Sequence record: OQ031493.1
DNA length: 64,000 nucleotides
Strand: one strand, 5' to 3'
Part shown: in pieces, positions 8,585 to 22,282 of the stretch
Layout of the letters: each line of letters opens with the position of its first letter
Position numbering within the stretch: position 1 is the stretch's first letter
Made by a program: the position numbers and the translations under genes
Notes under the pieces: generated by a model
Told to the model about the DNA's origin: nothing
Database searches by the model: none
Seen by the model: the letters and a program-made list of their open reading frames with translations, nothing else

Positions 8585-8860
8585 CTATTGACCAATATAC
8601 GTGCTGGTGTATAATTCAATGGTTGGTTTATGAATGGTCAGATTATATTTCTTAGCTAAATCATCAATATCCCTGGAACAATCAATGAATTTGCCAGTCT
8701 CTCGGTAGCGCATCACCCATGAACCCCGAAATGGTGCATCATCTAATGGATTAATACCATATTCACGACATACCACAATTGCTTCATGTCGTGGAGTAGC
8801 ACCAGTAGTGACAAAGTGATTTTCATAAACTGGGATCATTGATACATCTTTATTGCTCAT
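8585..8860 (-). CDS. Hypothetical protein, paralog of 9854..10105
   Basis: Start moved to MSNKDV (GAGG RBS); motif REYGINP..PFRGSWVMR..TGKFID. Confidence 0.75.
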   Translation of the reverse strand: MSNKDVSMIPVYENHFVTTGATPRHEAIVVCREYGINPLDDAPFRGSWVMRYRETGKFIDCSRDIDDLAKKYNLTIHKPTIELYTSTYIGQ

Positions 8861-8901
8861 AATAACCTCTCTAAAATTACCTGAAGGGATATGCATGATA
8901 T

Positions 8902-9399
8902 TTATTTTTGTTTTTGACTGATCATGGAGGCATTGGTGAAGTAATATAACGCATGTTTCCAATCTTGAGGGTCATATGTGCACTTATGAGCAACCACATA
9001 ATCACCATCAATTTTTTTGAACAAGTTTACCATGATCACCTCATCCATATCAGTCCCGTTATGCACAGTTTGATAATTCAGTCTCACCAACATGTCATCT
9101 ACATTGGTTTTCAACTGGAGACCATCTTTGAAGAAATCACGAACACCATCCATGATTTGTTCATTGCGAGACAGGATGTTTTCAGAGATCTGTTCGAACA
9201 TACCCCTTGCACCGATCAAACGTAATTGATCGTAATTGGGTTCACCCATGCAGATGGCCTCATCATCACGATTACACATCTTCTCCAGCAGAACGATAGG
9301 GTTATAATCCCAAGCAACCCCACCAGTTACAACAGAGGTCAAATAGCCATAGAGACTGAGTTCACTGTCACGCTCATTTGCAGGAATCATGCGGTTCAT
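8902..9399 (-). CDS. Hypothetical protein
   Basis: Start moved to MNRMIPA (GAGG RBS). Confidence 0.75.
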   Translation of the reverse strand: MNRMIPANERDSELSLYGYLTSVVTGGVAWDYNPIVLLEKMCNRDDEAICMGEPNYDQLRLIGARGMFEQISENILSRNEQIMDGVRDFFKDGLQLKTNVDDMLVRLNYQTVHNGTDMDEVIMVNLFKKIDGDYVVAHKCTYDPQDWKHALYYFTNASMISQKQK

Positions 9400-9434
9400 A
9401 ATTAACGATCCTCGTATTGGTGTTGCAGCATAGC

Positions 9435-9818
9435 TCAGCAAGTCTCTTGAGCTTTCTCAAAACTAGCCATCGAGCGGGTGCGCGCACGCTGTAGAATAGA
9501 CAAGCCGTATTTTTTGAACTTCTTCTTGTGGATGAAACCAAGGCGTTCGTAGATGAAGTCTTTACGGTCGGCGCGAGGTTTACCATCAGCTACGATACCA
9601 CGGTCGAAAAGAGCCCAGAACAGAGCGCTTTCATCATGCAGGTAGTTGGCCATTTCCTGAGGCCACTGAACTGCGCATAGAGCAACGATTTGTTCAAGTA
9701 AACCACTATCTGAGATGGCATAGTACTCACGACCCTGAACATAGTTCATTTTGTCGAAGTTGCACATAGCCAGTCTGCCAGTACCCTGGTTGATTTTCTT
9801 TTGAATGTGTTCGTTCAT
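9435..9818 (-). CDS. Hypothetical protein
   Basis: 127 aa, AGGT RBS; visibly more GC-rich than flanks. Confidence 0.75.
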   Translation of the reverse strand: MNEHIQKKINQGTGRLAMCNFDKMNYVQGREYYAISDSGLLEQIVALCAVQWPQEMANYLHDESALFWALFDRGIVADGKPRADRKDFIYERLGFIHKKKFKKYGLSILQRARTRSMASFEKAQETC

Positions 9819-9853
9819 GGTTTGACCTATTTTCAGATTTGGATTAATTATAG

Positions 9854-10105
9854 CTAGACGAAGGTATTGCGTTCGAATTGGATGGAATTACGTTCAACAA
9901 TATCGTTGAGGTATTTATCATTGTCGATAAATTCCCCAGTGAGCATGTTACGCAGAACCCAGTTCCCCCGAAGTGGTATACCGCTGTTAGGGTTGATCCC
10001 GTATTCACGCATCAAAATCCGACGATTGTGGTCAACACCTGGCTCCATGTAAGATTCACTGATAAAACATTCCACCATGTTGATAACTTCTTTAGATTCG
10101 CTCAT
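9854..10105 (-). CDS. Hypothetical protein, paralog of 8585..8860
   Basis: 83 aa, AAGGA RBS; motif REYGINP..PLRGNWVLR..TGEFID. Confidence 0.75.
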   Translation of the reverse strand: MSESKEVINMVECFISESYMEPGVDHNRRILMREYGINPNSGIPLRGNWVLRNMLTGEFIDNDKYLNDIVERNSIQFERNTFV

Positions 10106-10176
10106 TGACTTATTCCTTCTTTTGCAGGTATTATGTAATACGATAATGGATTATGGCTTTAACCATCAGATCCTTT

Positions 10177-10599
10177 TCACGCAGTTGGTTTGAATGGATT
10201 TGCACTACGACTACGTTTTTGATATGAAATTAGTGCACCCCATACATTATCGGCTGATACATATTCAGGCATAGCTTTTTCATCATTGTAACTGACACGG
10301 TATGCCTTAGCCACACCTGTGCTATCTACAATGTGAACTTTTTCAATGACAAATGCTTTTCCAGAAGGCCCAGGGATATGTAATCCTCTTTTAAAAAGTT
10401 CTTCAAGAATGCGTTCTAATGCAATTTTAGCATTAGAGTAATCATTATCAAGTGACTTAATACCACCTTTAATTTTATTATCTAGGTCACTGAGTGCCTT
10501 TTTAAAAACACTAACATCATGATCAAAACATTCGAGAGTGTGATCGAAGTTTTGCATGAGCGCTATTAGTAGACCATTAGGAAATACTACTTTTGACAT
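10177..10599 (-). CDS. Hypothetical protein
   Basis: 140 aa, AGGTG RBS. Confidence 0.75.
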   Translation of the reverse strand: MSKVVFPNGLLIALMQNFDHTLECFDHDVSVFKKALSDLDNKIKGGIKSLDNDYSNAKIALERILEELFKRGLHIPGPSGKAFVIEKVHIVDSTGVAKAYRVSYNDEKAMPEYVSADNVWGALISYQKRSRSANPFKPTA

Positions 10600-10609
10600 A
10601 TATCACCTA

Positions 10610-10966
10610 TTAGTAAACAGTTGGGAACGTTTGTAGGAACCAATCATTAATACGTGTATTAACACTAGCCCCGTGTTCAGGCGCTACTTTAAAACCAGCG
10701 ACGATGTCCTGTAACTCTTCAGTGAGTTTGTTGTGTACTTTACCTTCACAATCGATAAAGTCTTCTGCGGTTGGCATAACCTCAGCACGAATAACAGAGG
10801 CACGCTTAGAAAGCATTGTAAGAATTTCATTAGACACTGAAGCAGCATTACGCAACTTATTGATTTTTACATCAATAACAGTTTTATGATAGATTTTACC
10901 AACTGCACACATTGTAACTGAACCAACAAAAATACCAAGACAGAGTGATACTTTATCAATATTCAT
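10610..10966 (-). CDS. Hypothetical protein with N-terminal membrane anchor
   Basis: 118 aa; SLCLGIFVGSVTMCAVG. Confidence 0.75.
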   Translation of the reverse strand: MNIDKVSLCLGIFVGSVTMCAVGKIYHKTVIDVKINKLRNAASVSNEILTMLSKRASVIRAEVMPTAEDFIDCEGKVHNKLTEELQDIVAGFKVAPEHGASVNTRINDWFLQTFPTVY

Positions 10967-11027
10967 TTTGTATACCTATTTACGTTTATTGAAGTGATTA
11001 AAAAATAATACGATGTAGAAAATAAAA

Positions 11028-11045
11028 GGGAGTCCGAAGACTCCC
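11028..11045 (-). terminator. Intrinsic terminator
   Basis: GGGAGTC-CGAA-GACTCCC followed by T-tract on minus strand. Confidence 0.8.
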
Positions 11046-11053
11046 ATTATCAG

Positions 11054-11494
11054 TTACACATCTGACACATCATCGAACAGATCAAGTTGTTTCCGATTAC
11101 GTCGTTCTTCTTCTTCGATACGACGATTCTCTTCTTCAATCTCTTTCTGCCGTTTGACAAGCCTCCTGTGCAGACTCATTTGCCATGCAGTATCATAACG
11201 GCATCGCACTGATTCAATATATTTAAGCCCTACTTCATTAATGCTCTCAAGAAGATCCAGTGACACAAGTGTCTCCTTGGATGCATTAATGCTAGCCTTA
11301 AGATAATGGGCCATTGCTGTTGCTGGATGGAACGGTAGTTTATCGACATCCATGGTCTTTTGATAAGCTTTCAGTTTATGGATAATAATTCGTCCATAAT
11401 AGAATTCATAGAGTTTTTCTCTAGAATCCCAAGCAAGCTTACCGAGTACGGCTCCACTTACCATCCCTAATGTAAGAGATAGCTTAGAGTTCAT
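11054..11494 (-). CDS. Hypothetical protein with N-terminal hydrophobic helix and charged C-terminal coil
   Basis: Start moved to MNSKLSLTLGMVSGAVLG (AAGGA RBS; removes most of the overlap with the upstream gene). Confidence 0.7.
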   Translation of the reverse strand: MNSKLSLTLGMVSGAVLGKLAWDSREKLYEFYYGRIIIHKLKAYQKTMDVDKLPFHPATAMAHYLKASINASKETLVSLDLLESINEVGLKYIESVRCRYDTAWQMSLHRRLVKRQKEIEEENRRIEEEERRNRKQLDLFDDVSDV

Positions 11495-11801
11495 TGTTAA
11501 TTGCATCCTTAATCCAGTTACGGATTTTTGATTTAATTCGATGTTTATCACTGATGGTGTTAAACATATCCAATCCATCATTAATAACGTATATAAGCTC
11601 TACTTCAATAAAGTCCGTCATTACTTCCACGGTGGTATTATCTGAATTAGATTTGATATAATCGGAATAGTCCTTTACTTTTTCACGGATATTCTTTTCT
11701 AATTTAATCTCATTATAAACAGTCACACTGACTTCGAACACATAGATGGTACCAGCCAGCATGAGACCAGTTTTTACAACATTACCGATAATGGAAAGCA
11801 T
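11484..11801 (-). CDS. Hypothetical protein with N-terminal hydrophobic helix
   Basis: 105 aa; TGLMLAGTIYVF. Confidence 0.7.
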   Translation of the reverse strand: MLSIIGNVVKTGLMLAGTIYVFEVSVTVYNEIKLEKNIREKVKDYSDYIKSNSDNTTVEVMTDFIEVELIYVINDGLDMFNTISDKHRIKSKIRNWIKDAINNEL

Positions 11802-11846
11802 GATAATATCCTATTAGTTAATGAATGTAGATTTATTTTGATTATA

Positions 11847-12008
11847 TTAAAACTTGATATTTAGAACACGTTTAGCTATTATAATACCAACATATACTCC
11901 TAGTGCTATCTCCGCATATTTGGTGATGACGTTTTTAATCTTCTTATGTTTAGGTGCCTCGGGCACATCCGCGATAAGTTTTTGAAGTTTAACTTTATCA
12001 ATATTCAT
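11847..12008 (-). CDS. Small protein with C-terminal membrane anchor
   Basis: Start moved to MNIDKV (AAGGA RBS); IALGVYVGIIIA. Confidence 0.7.
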   Translation of the reverse strand: MNIDKVKLQKLIADVPEAPKHKKIKNVITKYAEIALGVYVGIIIAKRVLNIKF

Positions 12009-12090
12009 TTGTATTTTCCTTTTTACGATTAATTGAAGGTTTAACAAACTCATTCAAATATAATTTTATTATCGTAATTATATTTGAATG

Positions 12091-12107
12091 GGGCCTCAGT
12101 GAGGCCC
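12091..12107. terminator. Hairpin, probable terminator
   Basis: GGGCCTC-AGT-GAGGCCC after the stop of 12117..12455. Confidence 0.55.
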
Positions 12108-12116
12108 TATCCATTT

Positions 12117-12455
12117 TTACATCTTACGAACTGTATCGAATACTTGATTCGTATAGTCATCGCCATAAATGATCGACAGCTTATTACGAATTACATCCAG
12201 TCGATGTTTTTCAATATTGCTCTCAGCAACAGCACTATCCATTGTCTCAGTCATTGCAGCATTGACGAACATCATGAACTCATCTGATTCACCATACTCT
12301 TTTGAAATACTTTTAAACTGATCCCTGAAACCCATGAGTTTGTCAAAGTTGGCTTTAGTCTCTTTAGCCTTCTTGTAGATAACATACCCAGTTCCAGCCA
12401 GTGATGCAGTGGCCAGAAGAAAAGATACACCTTTTGCAATCGTATTGAATTTCAT
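12117..12455 (-). CDS. Hypothetical protein with N-terminal membrane anchor
   Basis: 112 aa; GVSFLLATASLAGTGYVIYKK. Confidence 0.75.
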   Translation of the reverse strand: MKFNTIAKGVSFLLATASLAGTGYVIYKKAKETKANFDKLMGFRDQFKSISKEYGESDEFMMFVNAAMTETMDSAVAESNIEKHRLDVIRNKLSIIYGDDYTNQVFDTVRKM

Positions 12456-12489
12456 AATAAATATTCCTATTTACTAATATTAAAACTAT

Positions 12490-12936
12490 TTAATAGTTTC
12501 TGAAATGTTCACAAGTCGTTACTTCTTTCAGTCGTTTGATGATGTAATCTCGACTTTTATTGAATTGAAGTTTCTTTGCGTCATCCAGTTCATCCCATTG
12601 TGTAATTCTGGCCAGTTCAGGAACATTGTCATATTTTGCTTTGTTAAGTTTTTTAATCATGTCCCATACATAGCAACCTTCGATAAACCACAAAAGACTC
12701 GTGTATGTATCCTTGTCAATTAAATTTACTCCATAAAGACTAAGGTCAACCTTGGCTTCTTCTGCCATTTTAATGGTTTTCTTATAATTATCAAATACAT
12801 TGTGGAGGTTATGCTCTTCGCCACTGCTATCACAGTTTTCAATAGCTTTCATCAACTCCGGAAATGTATCACTATAGAACTTGATCAATTTACGAGTAAT
12901 CGCCTCTTGCACTTTCTGCTTTTTAGTCTTTGCCAT
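12490..12936 (-). CDS. Hypothetical protein (first gene after an early promoter)
   Basis: 148 aa, AGGTGG RBS. Confidence 0.75.
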   Translation of the reverse strand: MAKTKKQKVQEAITRKLIKFYSDTFPELMKAIENCDSSGEEHNLHNVFDNYKKTIKMAEEAKVDLSLYGVNLIDKDTYTSLLWFIEGCYVWDMIKKLNKAKYDNVPELARITQWDELDDAKKLQFNKSRDYIIKRLKEVTTCEHFRNY

Positions 12937-12994
12937 TTTATTTCCACCTATTTACATTAAGTTGTATGATAATGTTTACAGTATTGTCACAAAT

Positions 12995-13011
12995 GTAATA
13001 TACTGTTTAAA
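12995..13011 (-). promoter_or_regulatory. phiKZ-type early promoter
   Basis: Minus strand TTTAAACAGTATATTAC. Confidence 0.8.
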
Positions 13012-13034
13012 ATGGTTTGAATATACGACATAAA

Positions 13035-13054
13035 GCCTTCCCCTGAGGGAAGGC
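13035..13054. terminator. Hairpin terminator
   Basis: GCCTTCCC-CTGA-GGGAAGGC, CATAAA flank. Confidence 0.8.
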
Positions 13055-13059
13055 CAATG

Positions 13060-13548
13060 TTAAACCGATGAATCTATCCACGGTGGATAAACAACCACAA
13101 TCTGGTTAGGCATGTGATTAGACCAATCTTCAATGATAGTTCTAACATCAGAGAAATCTAATCCACCATTAGCACACCCTAGAGGTGGTATGATAATTTT
13201 CCAATCTGGATGAATACAGTCTTCTTCATTTTCCGCAGAATCCGATACGTTCTCCATCATCCACTCTAGACCACGTTCAATGAAACTAATTTGAGATGGG
13301 TTCCGCCAGTTATCCTTAGTAGGAAACATCATGAAACGTTTACCATCGGATGCTTTGTAAATAACCGGATTACCAATAGTAATAATTCTCTTTTTGCAAT
13401 CGTGTTTGTATCTTTCAAAAAGTTCAGGATACTTTTCTTTAAACGATTTAGCTAAACCAGCGCCCATGACGCCAACAACATTAACAGTGATTAGATAAAG
13501 ATCACCAGGTACATTGAATATATCTTTACCTATAATAAATTCAGCCAT
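13060..13548 (-). CDS. Macrodomain protein, DarG/TARG1-like ADP-ribosyl hydrolase (gp104 position)
   Basis: 162 aa; TVNVVGVMGAGLA, MFPTKDNWR with the catalytic Lys position kept, PPLGCANGGLDF. Confidence 0.88.
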   Translation of the reverse strand: MAEFIIGKDIFNVPGDLYLITVNVVGVMGAGLAKSFKEKYPELFERYKHDCKKRIITIGNPVIYKASDGKRFMMFPTKDNWRNPSQISFIERGLEWMMENVSDSAENEEDCIHPDWKIIIPPLGCANGGLDFSDVRTIIEDWSNHMPNQIVVVYPPWIDSSV

Positions 13549-13628
13549 GATAATGGCTCCTTCTACAAGAGTACTAATGAGAAGATCAGAATATAGACCT
13601 TCTCATTAGATTGGGTGCATTTCCAGGC

Positions 13629-14021
13629 TTATTGGATTTCTGGATTAGCATTGTAGAAGCCAATATAAGCCTTATTAAATTTCAAGTAATAATTATACTC
13701 TGAAGGCTCACCAGTTATTTCCCTAAATACCTTAGCAGTTATAACTTCGAACTTAGAACGCCTTAGCATTGGGAATAATTTCTTACTGCGCGATAGCTCA
13801 CACAATCTAATCGAGATAGCTTGATCTTTAAATAAACCTGATTTAGTAAAGAAGGCACCTTCATGAAGCCATTGAATTACTTCATTAAAGTCTGCGCGCC
13901 ATTTCCTATGCTCATTTAAAGTTTTACCATTTATAAGATTCCATAAAGCTTTAACTTTAGATCCAATAGTAAAAATACCTATTACCATTACTGCTAGACA
14001 TATAGCAATTATAAATGACAT
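13629..14021 (-). CDS. Membrane-anchored hypothetical protein
   Basis: Start moved to MSFIIAICLAVMVIGIFTIG (AGGAGG RBS). Confidence 0.7.
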   Translation of the reverse strand: MSFIIAICLAVMVIGIFTIGSKVKALWNLINGKTLNEHRKWRADFNEVIQWLHEGAFFTKSGLFKDQAISIRLCELSRSKKLFPMLRRSKFEVITAKVFREITGEPSEYNYYLKFNKAYIGFYNANPEIQ

Positions 14022-14029
14022 ATGTCCTC

Positions 14030-14155
14030 CTAAATACCATTGAAGATTAAAGTTCCTATTAGTGAGAGAATGAATAATACGACTACATGATGAAGTTTTA
14101 TCCATGTTTCAGGTACTACCGGTTGTTTAGGTTTATTTAGAGGGATGTTTTTCAT
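14030..14155 (-). CDS. 41-aa single-pass membrane peptide (below ORF-track cutoff)
   Basis: GGAG RBS; MKNIPLNKPKQPVVPETWIKLHHVVVLFILSLIGTLIFNGI; its stop overlaps the RBS of the next gene. Confidence 0.65.
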   Translation of the reverse strand: MKNIPLNKPKQPVVPETWIKLHHVVVLFILSLIGTLIFNGI

Positions 14156-14182
14156 GTATATACTCCACATTAGTTCATATGC

Positions 14183-14198
14183 GTAATATACTGTTTAA
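14183..14198 (-). promoter_or_regulatory. phiKZ-type early promoter
   Basis: Minus strand TTAAACAGTATATTAC. Confidence 0.8.
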
Positions 14199-14617
14199 GA
14201 TCTTTCAAATACACCTTTCCAATTAGTAGGTCTTGGATATGACCTAGGTAGTGATTCAGAATGTATAATGAATCCCTCAATATCCCCTTCTTTTGTTTTA
14301 ACAGCAACTATATCTTTGATAATACCTTTTATTTGTAATAAGCTATTCATAATCTCACGATAGAGTTGATCAAATCTATTTGCAATGATATTAGGATTTA
14401 TTGGATAACCGCAAATTGATTTATAGAAACTACACATTACATCATTGTATCTATCTGGAACACATGTCCAAAAGAAATTATGTCGTTCTTTAATATAAAG
14501 AATAATCAGGTAGTTAAAATCATCTTCATCTTTTGCGGTATAATTAAAGTATTGTTTTAATTCAGAAAAGAATTGTTGTGACCACCTCACATCAACTCGT
14601 ATAAATAGTTGTTCCAT
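14195..14617 (-). CDS. Hypothetical protein (gp102 position)
   Basis: Start likely MEQLFIRV (AGGTG RBS). Confidence 0.7.
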   Translation of the reverse strand: MEQLFIRVDVRWSQQFFSELKQYFNYTAKDEDDFNYLIILYIKERHNFFWTCVPDRYNDVMCSFYKSICGYPINPNIIANRFDQLYREIMNSLLQIKGIIKDIVAVKTKEGDIEGFIIHSESLPRSYPRPTNWKGVFERS

Positions 14618-14633
14618 AATACACCTAAATAAA

Positions 14634-16607
<1,974 letters not shown>

Positions 16608-16611
16608 GGTA

Positions 16612-19667
<3,056 letters not shown>

Positions 19668-19702
19668 TTAAGATCATAAGATCATGGTCTAACAGCATAA
19701 AA

Positions 19703-19721
19703 GGGAGCCATGAAGGCTCCC
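19703..19721. terminator. Hairpin terminator
   Basis: GGGAGCC-ATGAA-GGCTCCC flanked by CATAAAA and GTTATG. Confidence 0.8.
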
Positions 19722-19732
19722 CGTTATGTTTG

Positions 19733-22183
19733 TTACTTAATGGCACGATTCACAGCAGTGTTAATTGCATTGGTAAGAGCTACAATGTAATCAACTAGAA
19801 TGGTGTGGTTTTCAGCCGATTGGCCAACAACTTCCCATACTGCGCCAGCTAGTTGCCGGACTTTCTTTTTACCGGCTTTACTATCCATGCTAGCCACTTT
19901 AGAGATATCACGGTTAGCTTGGTCAAGACGACGTACACCACGGTTACCGCTAACTTTTAGAGAGGCATTACCAAGACCAATTAGAACTTTAGAAAGTTTC
20001 ATTAGTTCAGTAACGTCTTTACGGCTAACTTTAGCAGTGCCAGTGCCGGTAGCACCCCATTCACCAGTTGGAAGTGCAATAGCTGCTAGTCGTTCAATAT
20101 CTTTACTGGTTCGACCAGTGACATCACGGCCAGAGCGCTCAAATACAAAGCTACCATCTAGTTTTCCACTAATGAATGCGCTTTCAGGATATTTCTTAAC
20201 AGGTACTTCTAATTTAGTTGCTTCTTCTAGAGCCTTATCAATAGCTTCTTCACTATCAGCTTCAATAGCAGTTGCTAGATGACCAACTAAACGTTCGATG
20301 TATTCACCATCGATTTTAAAGCATTTGTTAATAATATCGCTAATACGACGAACCTCTCCAGCAACACCACGCACTAGATTATCATCACCTTTTAGAATAC
20401 CATTAATTTTGATTTCTTTACTTTCAAAATTATCAGTGTCTTTAAGCTTAACTAGAAGTTGGTCAGCTTTAGTATTAGCTGCGGCGAGTTCTTTTTGGTT
20501 AGCTTTAACATGGATGGATGCATTTGCACCTTCAGCAATATTGTCGATAATATTTCGAACAAACTTACCAATAGTGCTATTAAATGATTCTAGTGAAGTA
20601 ACCATCGCCTTATAGTAATCTTCTAGATTACCATAACCATAATCTTCCATTGCTGGAATACCAGGTGAATAGACATCAAAGGCATTGTGTAGACGTTCTA
20701 AGCAGCTATTAGCATGAACGATGAACTGAGGGCTATACTGCTTATGTTCTAGTCCATAATGCAGAATCTCAAGCATTGATTCATTTGATGCCTGCTCTTC
20801 AAGTAATTGACCAATGGTCTTCTTACTGTCCTCAACTTCATCTTCAAGATCATCAGCTTCAGCAACTGCCTCATCAGCAGCTTCATCTGCTTCTTCAACA
20901 TCATCTTCAGTTACTTCTACATCGACATCTGGAATATCAATTTCACCTTCAGCTAGTTTCTCTTCGATGTCATCTTCAGAGACATCATCATCAGCTTCAG
21001 CGACAATTGTTTCACTATCATCTTCAACTGCACCTTCTTCAATTGTTGGTTCAGCAATAGTAGATGCTGTTTCAGTTTCAGCAACTGTTTCTTCAGTTTC
21101 AGCTTCATTAATTAGCACGTCTGTAGAATCATCGGCATCGTCAGCTAGTTCATCTTCAGTTTCATCACGCACTTCTTCCAATTCGCTTAAGCCCTCTTCA
21201 GCCACTTCTGCTGTTTCGGCGGCTTCTGCTTCAATTGGATCGGTTACAGCCACTTCCTCATCAACAACCACTGTATTATCAGGATCTGCTTCAGCAGGAA
21301 TACTTTCAGCTTCTGCTTCTACTACTTCAGCTACTTCACTATCAGTTGTATCCGGCGTATCTTCAACGGTTTCAACAACTTCAGTTTCAGCATCAGCCAC
21401 AGCTGGTTCAGTAATATCAGTTTCTTCAGTTTCAGTGATTTCTACATCAGATTCACTATTAGTGCTATCATCAGCAGTTGTCTGCTCAGCACCTGCTTCT
21501 TCCGGTGTCACATCATCATCGATACCAGGAACCGTTTCACTTACGACTTCGCCAGCATCTAGTACTTCATCTGGTAGTGTATCCATGGTCGATGACACGG
21601 GTTCATCGCCAGCCGGAAGTTCTTCAGATAGTGGTGCAGGCGGTGGAGTTTCATCACCAAGTGGAGTTTCATCAGTGGGAGTTAATTCCACTGCTGTTTC
21701 ACCAGGTGCTTCTGCAACAGGTACTAGCTCAGTATCATCAGCCGCATCTTGTGCAGCTTCAATAATCTTAGTAGTTGAATCTAGGACTTCTTTACCACTT
21801 TCAGAAATTGTACCGATTTCCTCAGCGATTTCAGCTTCAGCAGCTTTAACTGCTTCTTTGCCTTCTTCGGCACTAGTGGTGGCTAGCGGTTCAGGAATGC
21901 TTTCCTCAACAACAGTTTCTTCTGGTACAACTTCTTCAACAATTACAGCTGACTTATCAGCAGCATGTGCAGTTTCCTCATGTTCTTCAGCAGAGACAAT
22001 ATCGGAATCTGTTTTAACAGTTTCATTCTCAACAGTTGCAGATGCATCATTATCTTTCTTTAAATCTTGAACTAGTTCATGATCATCTTTAACAGATGTC
22101 TCGACTTTGGATACATCCTGTTCCACAGCCGTACCATCTTGGCTCTCAAGGCTGGCTACATATTTGTGAATATTTACCATCAT
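19733..22183 (-). CDS. Internal head/ejection protein with long acidic propeptide (gp97 ortholog)
   Basis: 816 aa; roughly 450-residue E/D/A/T/V-rich N-terminal part, multiple S/A/G-x-E sites; synteny. Confidence 0.8.
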   Translation of the reverse strand: MMVNIHKYVASLESQDGTAVEQDVSKVETSVKDDHELVQDLKKDNDASATVENETVKTDSDIVSAEEHEETAHAADKSAVIVEEVVPEETVVEESIPEPLATTSAEEGKEAVKAAEAEIAEEIGTISESGKEVLDSTTKIIEAAQDAADDTELVPVAEAPGETAVELTPTDETPLGDETPPPAPLSEELPAGDEPVSSTMDTLPDEVLDAGEVVSETVPGIDDDVTPEEAGAEQTTADDSTNSESDVEITETEETDITEPAVADAETEVVETVEDTPDTTDSEVAEVVEAEAESIPAEADPDNTVVVDEEVAVTDPIEAEAAETAEVAEEGLSELEEVRDETEDELADDADDSTDVLINEAETEETVAETETASTIAEPTIEEGAVEDDSETIVAEADDDVSEDDIEEKLAEGEIDIPDVDVEVTEDDVEEADEAADEAVAEADDLEDEVEDSKKTIGQLLEEQASNESMLEILHYGLEHKQYSPQFIVHANSCLERLHNAFDVYSPGIPAMEDYGYGNLEDYYKAMVTSLESFNSTIGKFVRNIIDNIAEGANASIHVKANQKELAAANTKADQLLVKLKDTDNFESKEIKINGILKGDDNLVRGVAGEVRRISDIINKCFKIDGEYIERLVGHLATAIEADSEEAIDKALEEATKLEVPVKKYPESAFISGKLDGSFVFERSGRDVTGRTSKDIERLAAIALPTGEWGATGTGTAKVSRKDVTELMKLSKVLIGLGNASLKVSGNRGVRRLDQANRDISKVASMDSKAGKKKVRQLAGAVWEVVGQSAENHTILVDYIVALTNAINTAVNRAIK

Positions 22184-22282
22184 GTTAATATACCTTCTGT
22201 ACAGAGTTTATGAGTTATGCTATTCGTCTTAGTCATAACTCCAAGCGACGAACGTTAACATTCAAAATATTGCGCTGGAATC

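Noticed and set aside
20814-22070. 418-aa Ser-rich plus-strand ORF (also 19800..20282, 20298..20615, 21478..21765)
   Set aside because: Antisense shadows of the acidic gp97-like gene; GAA/GAT/GCT codons read as Ser and avoid stops on the opposite strand; no RBS or promoter support
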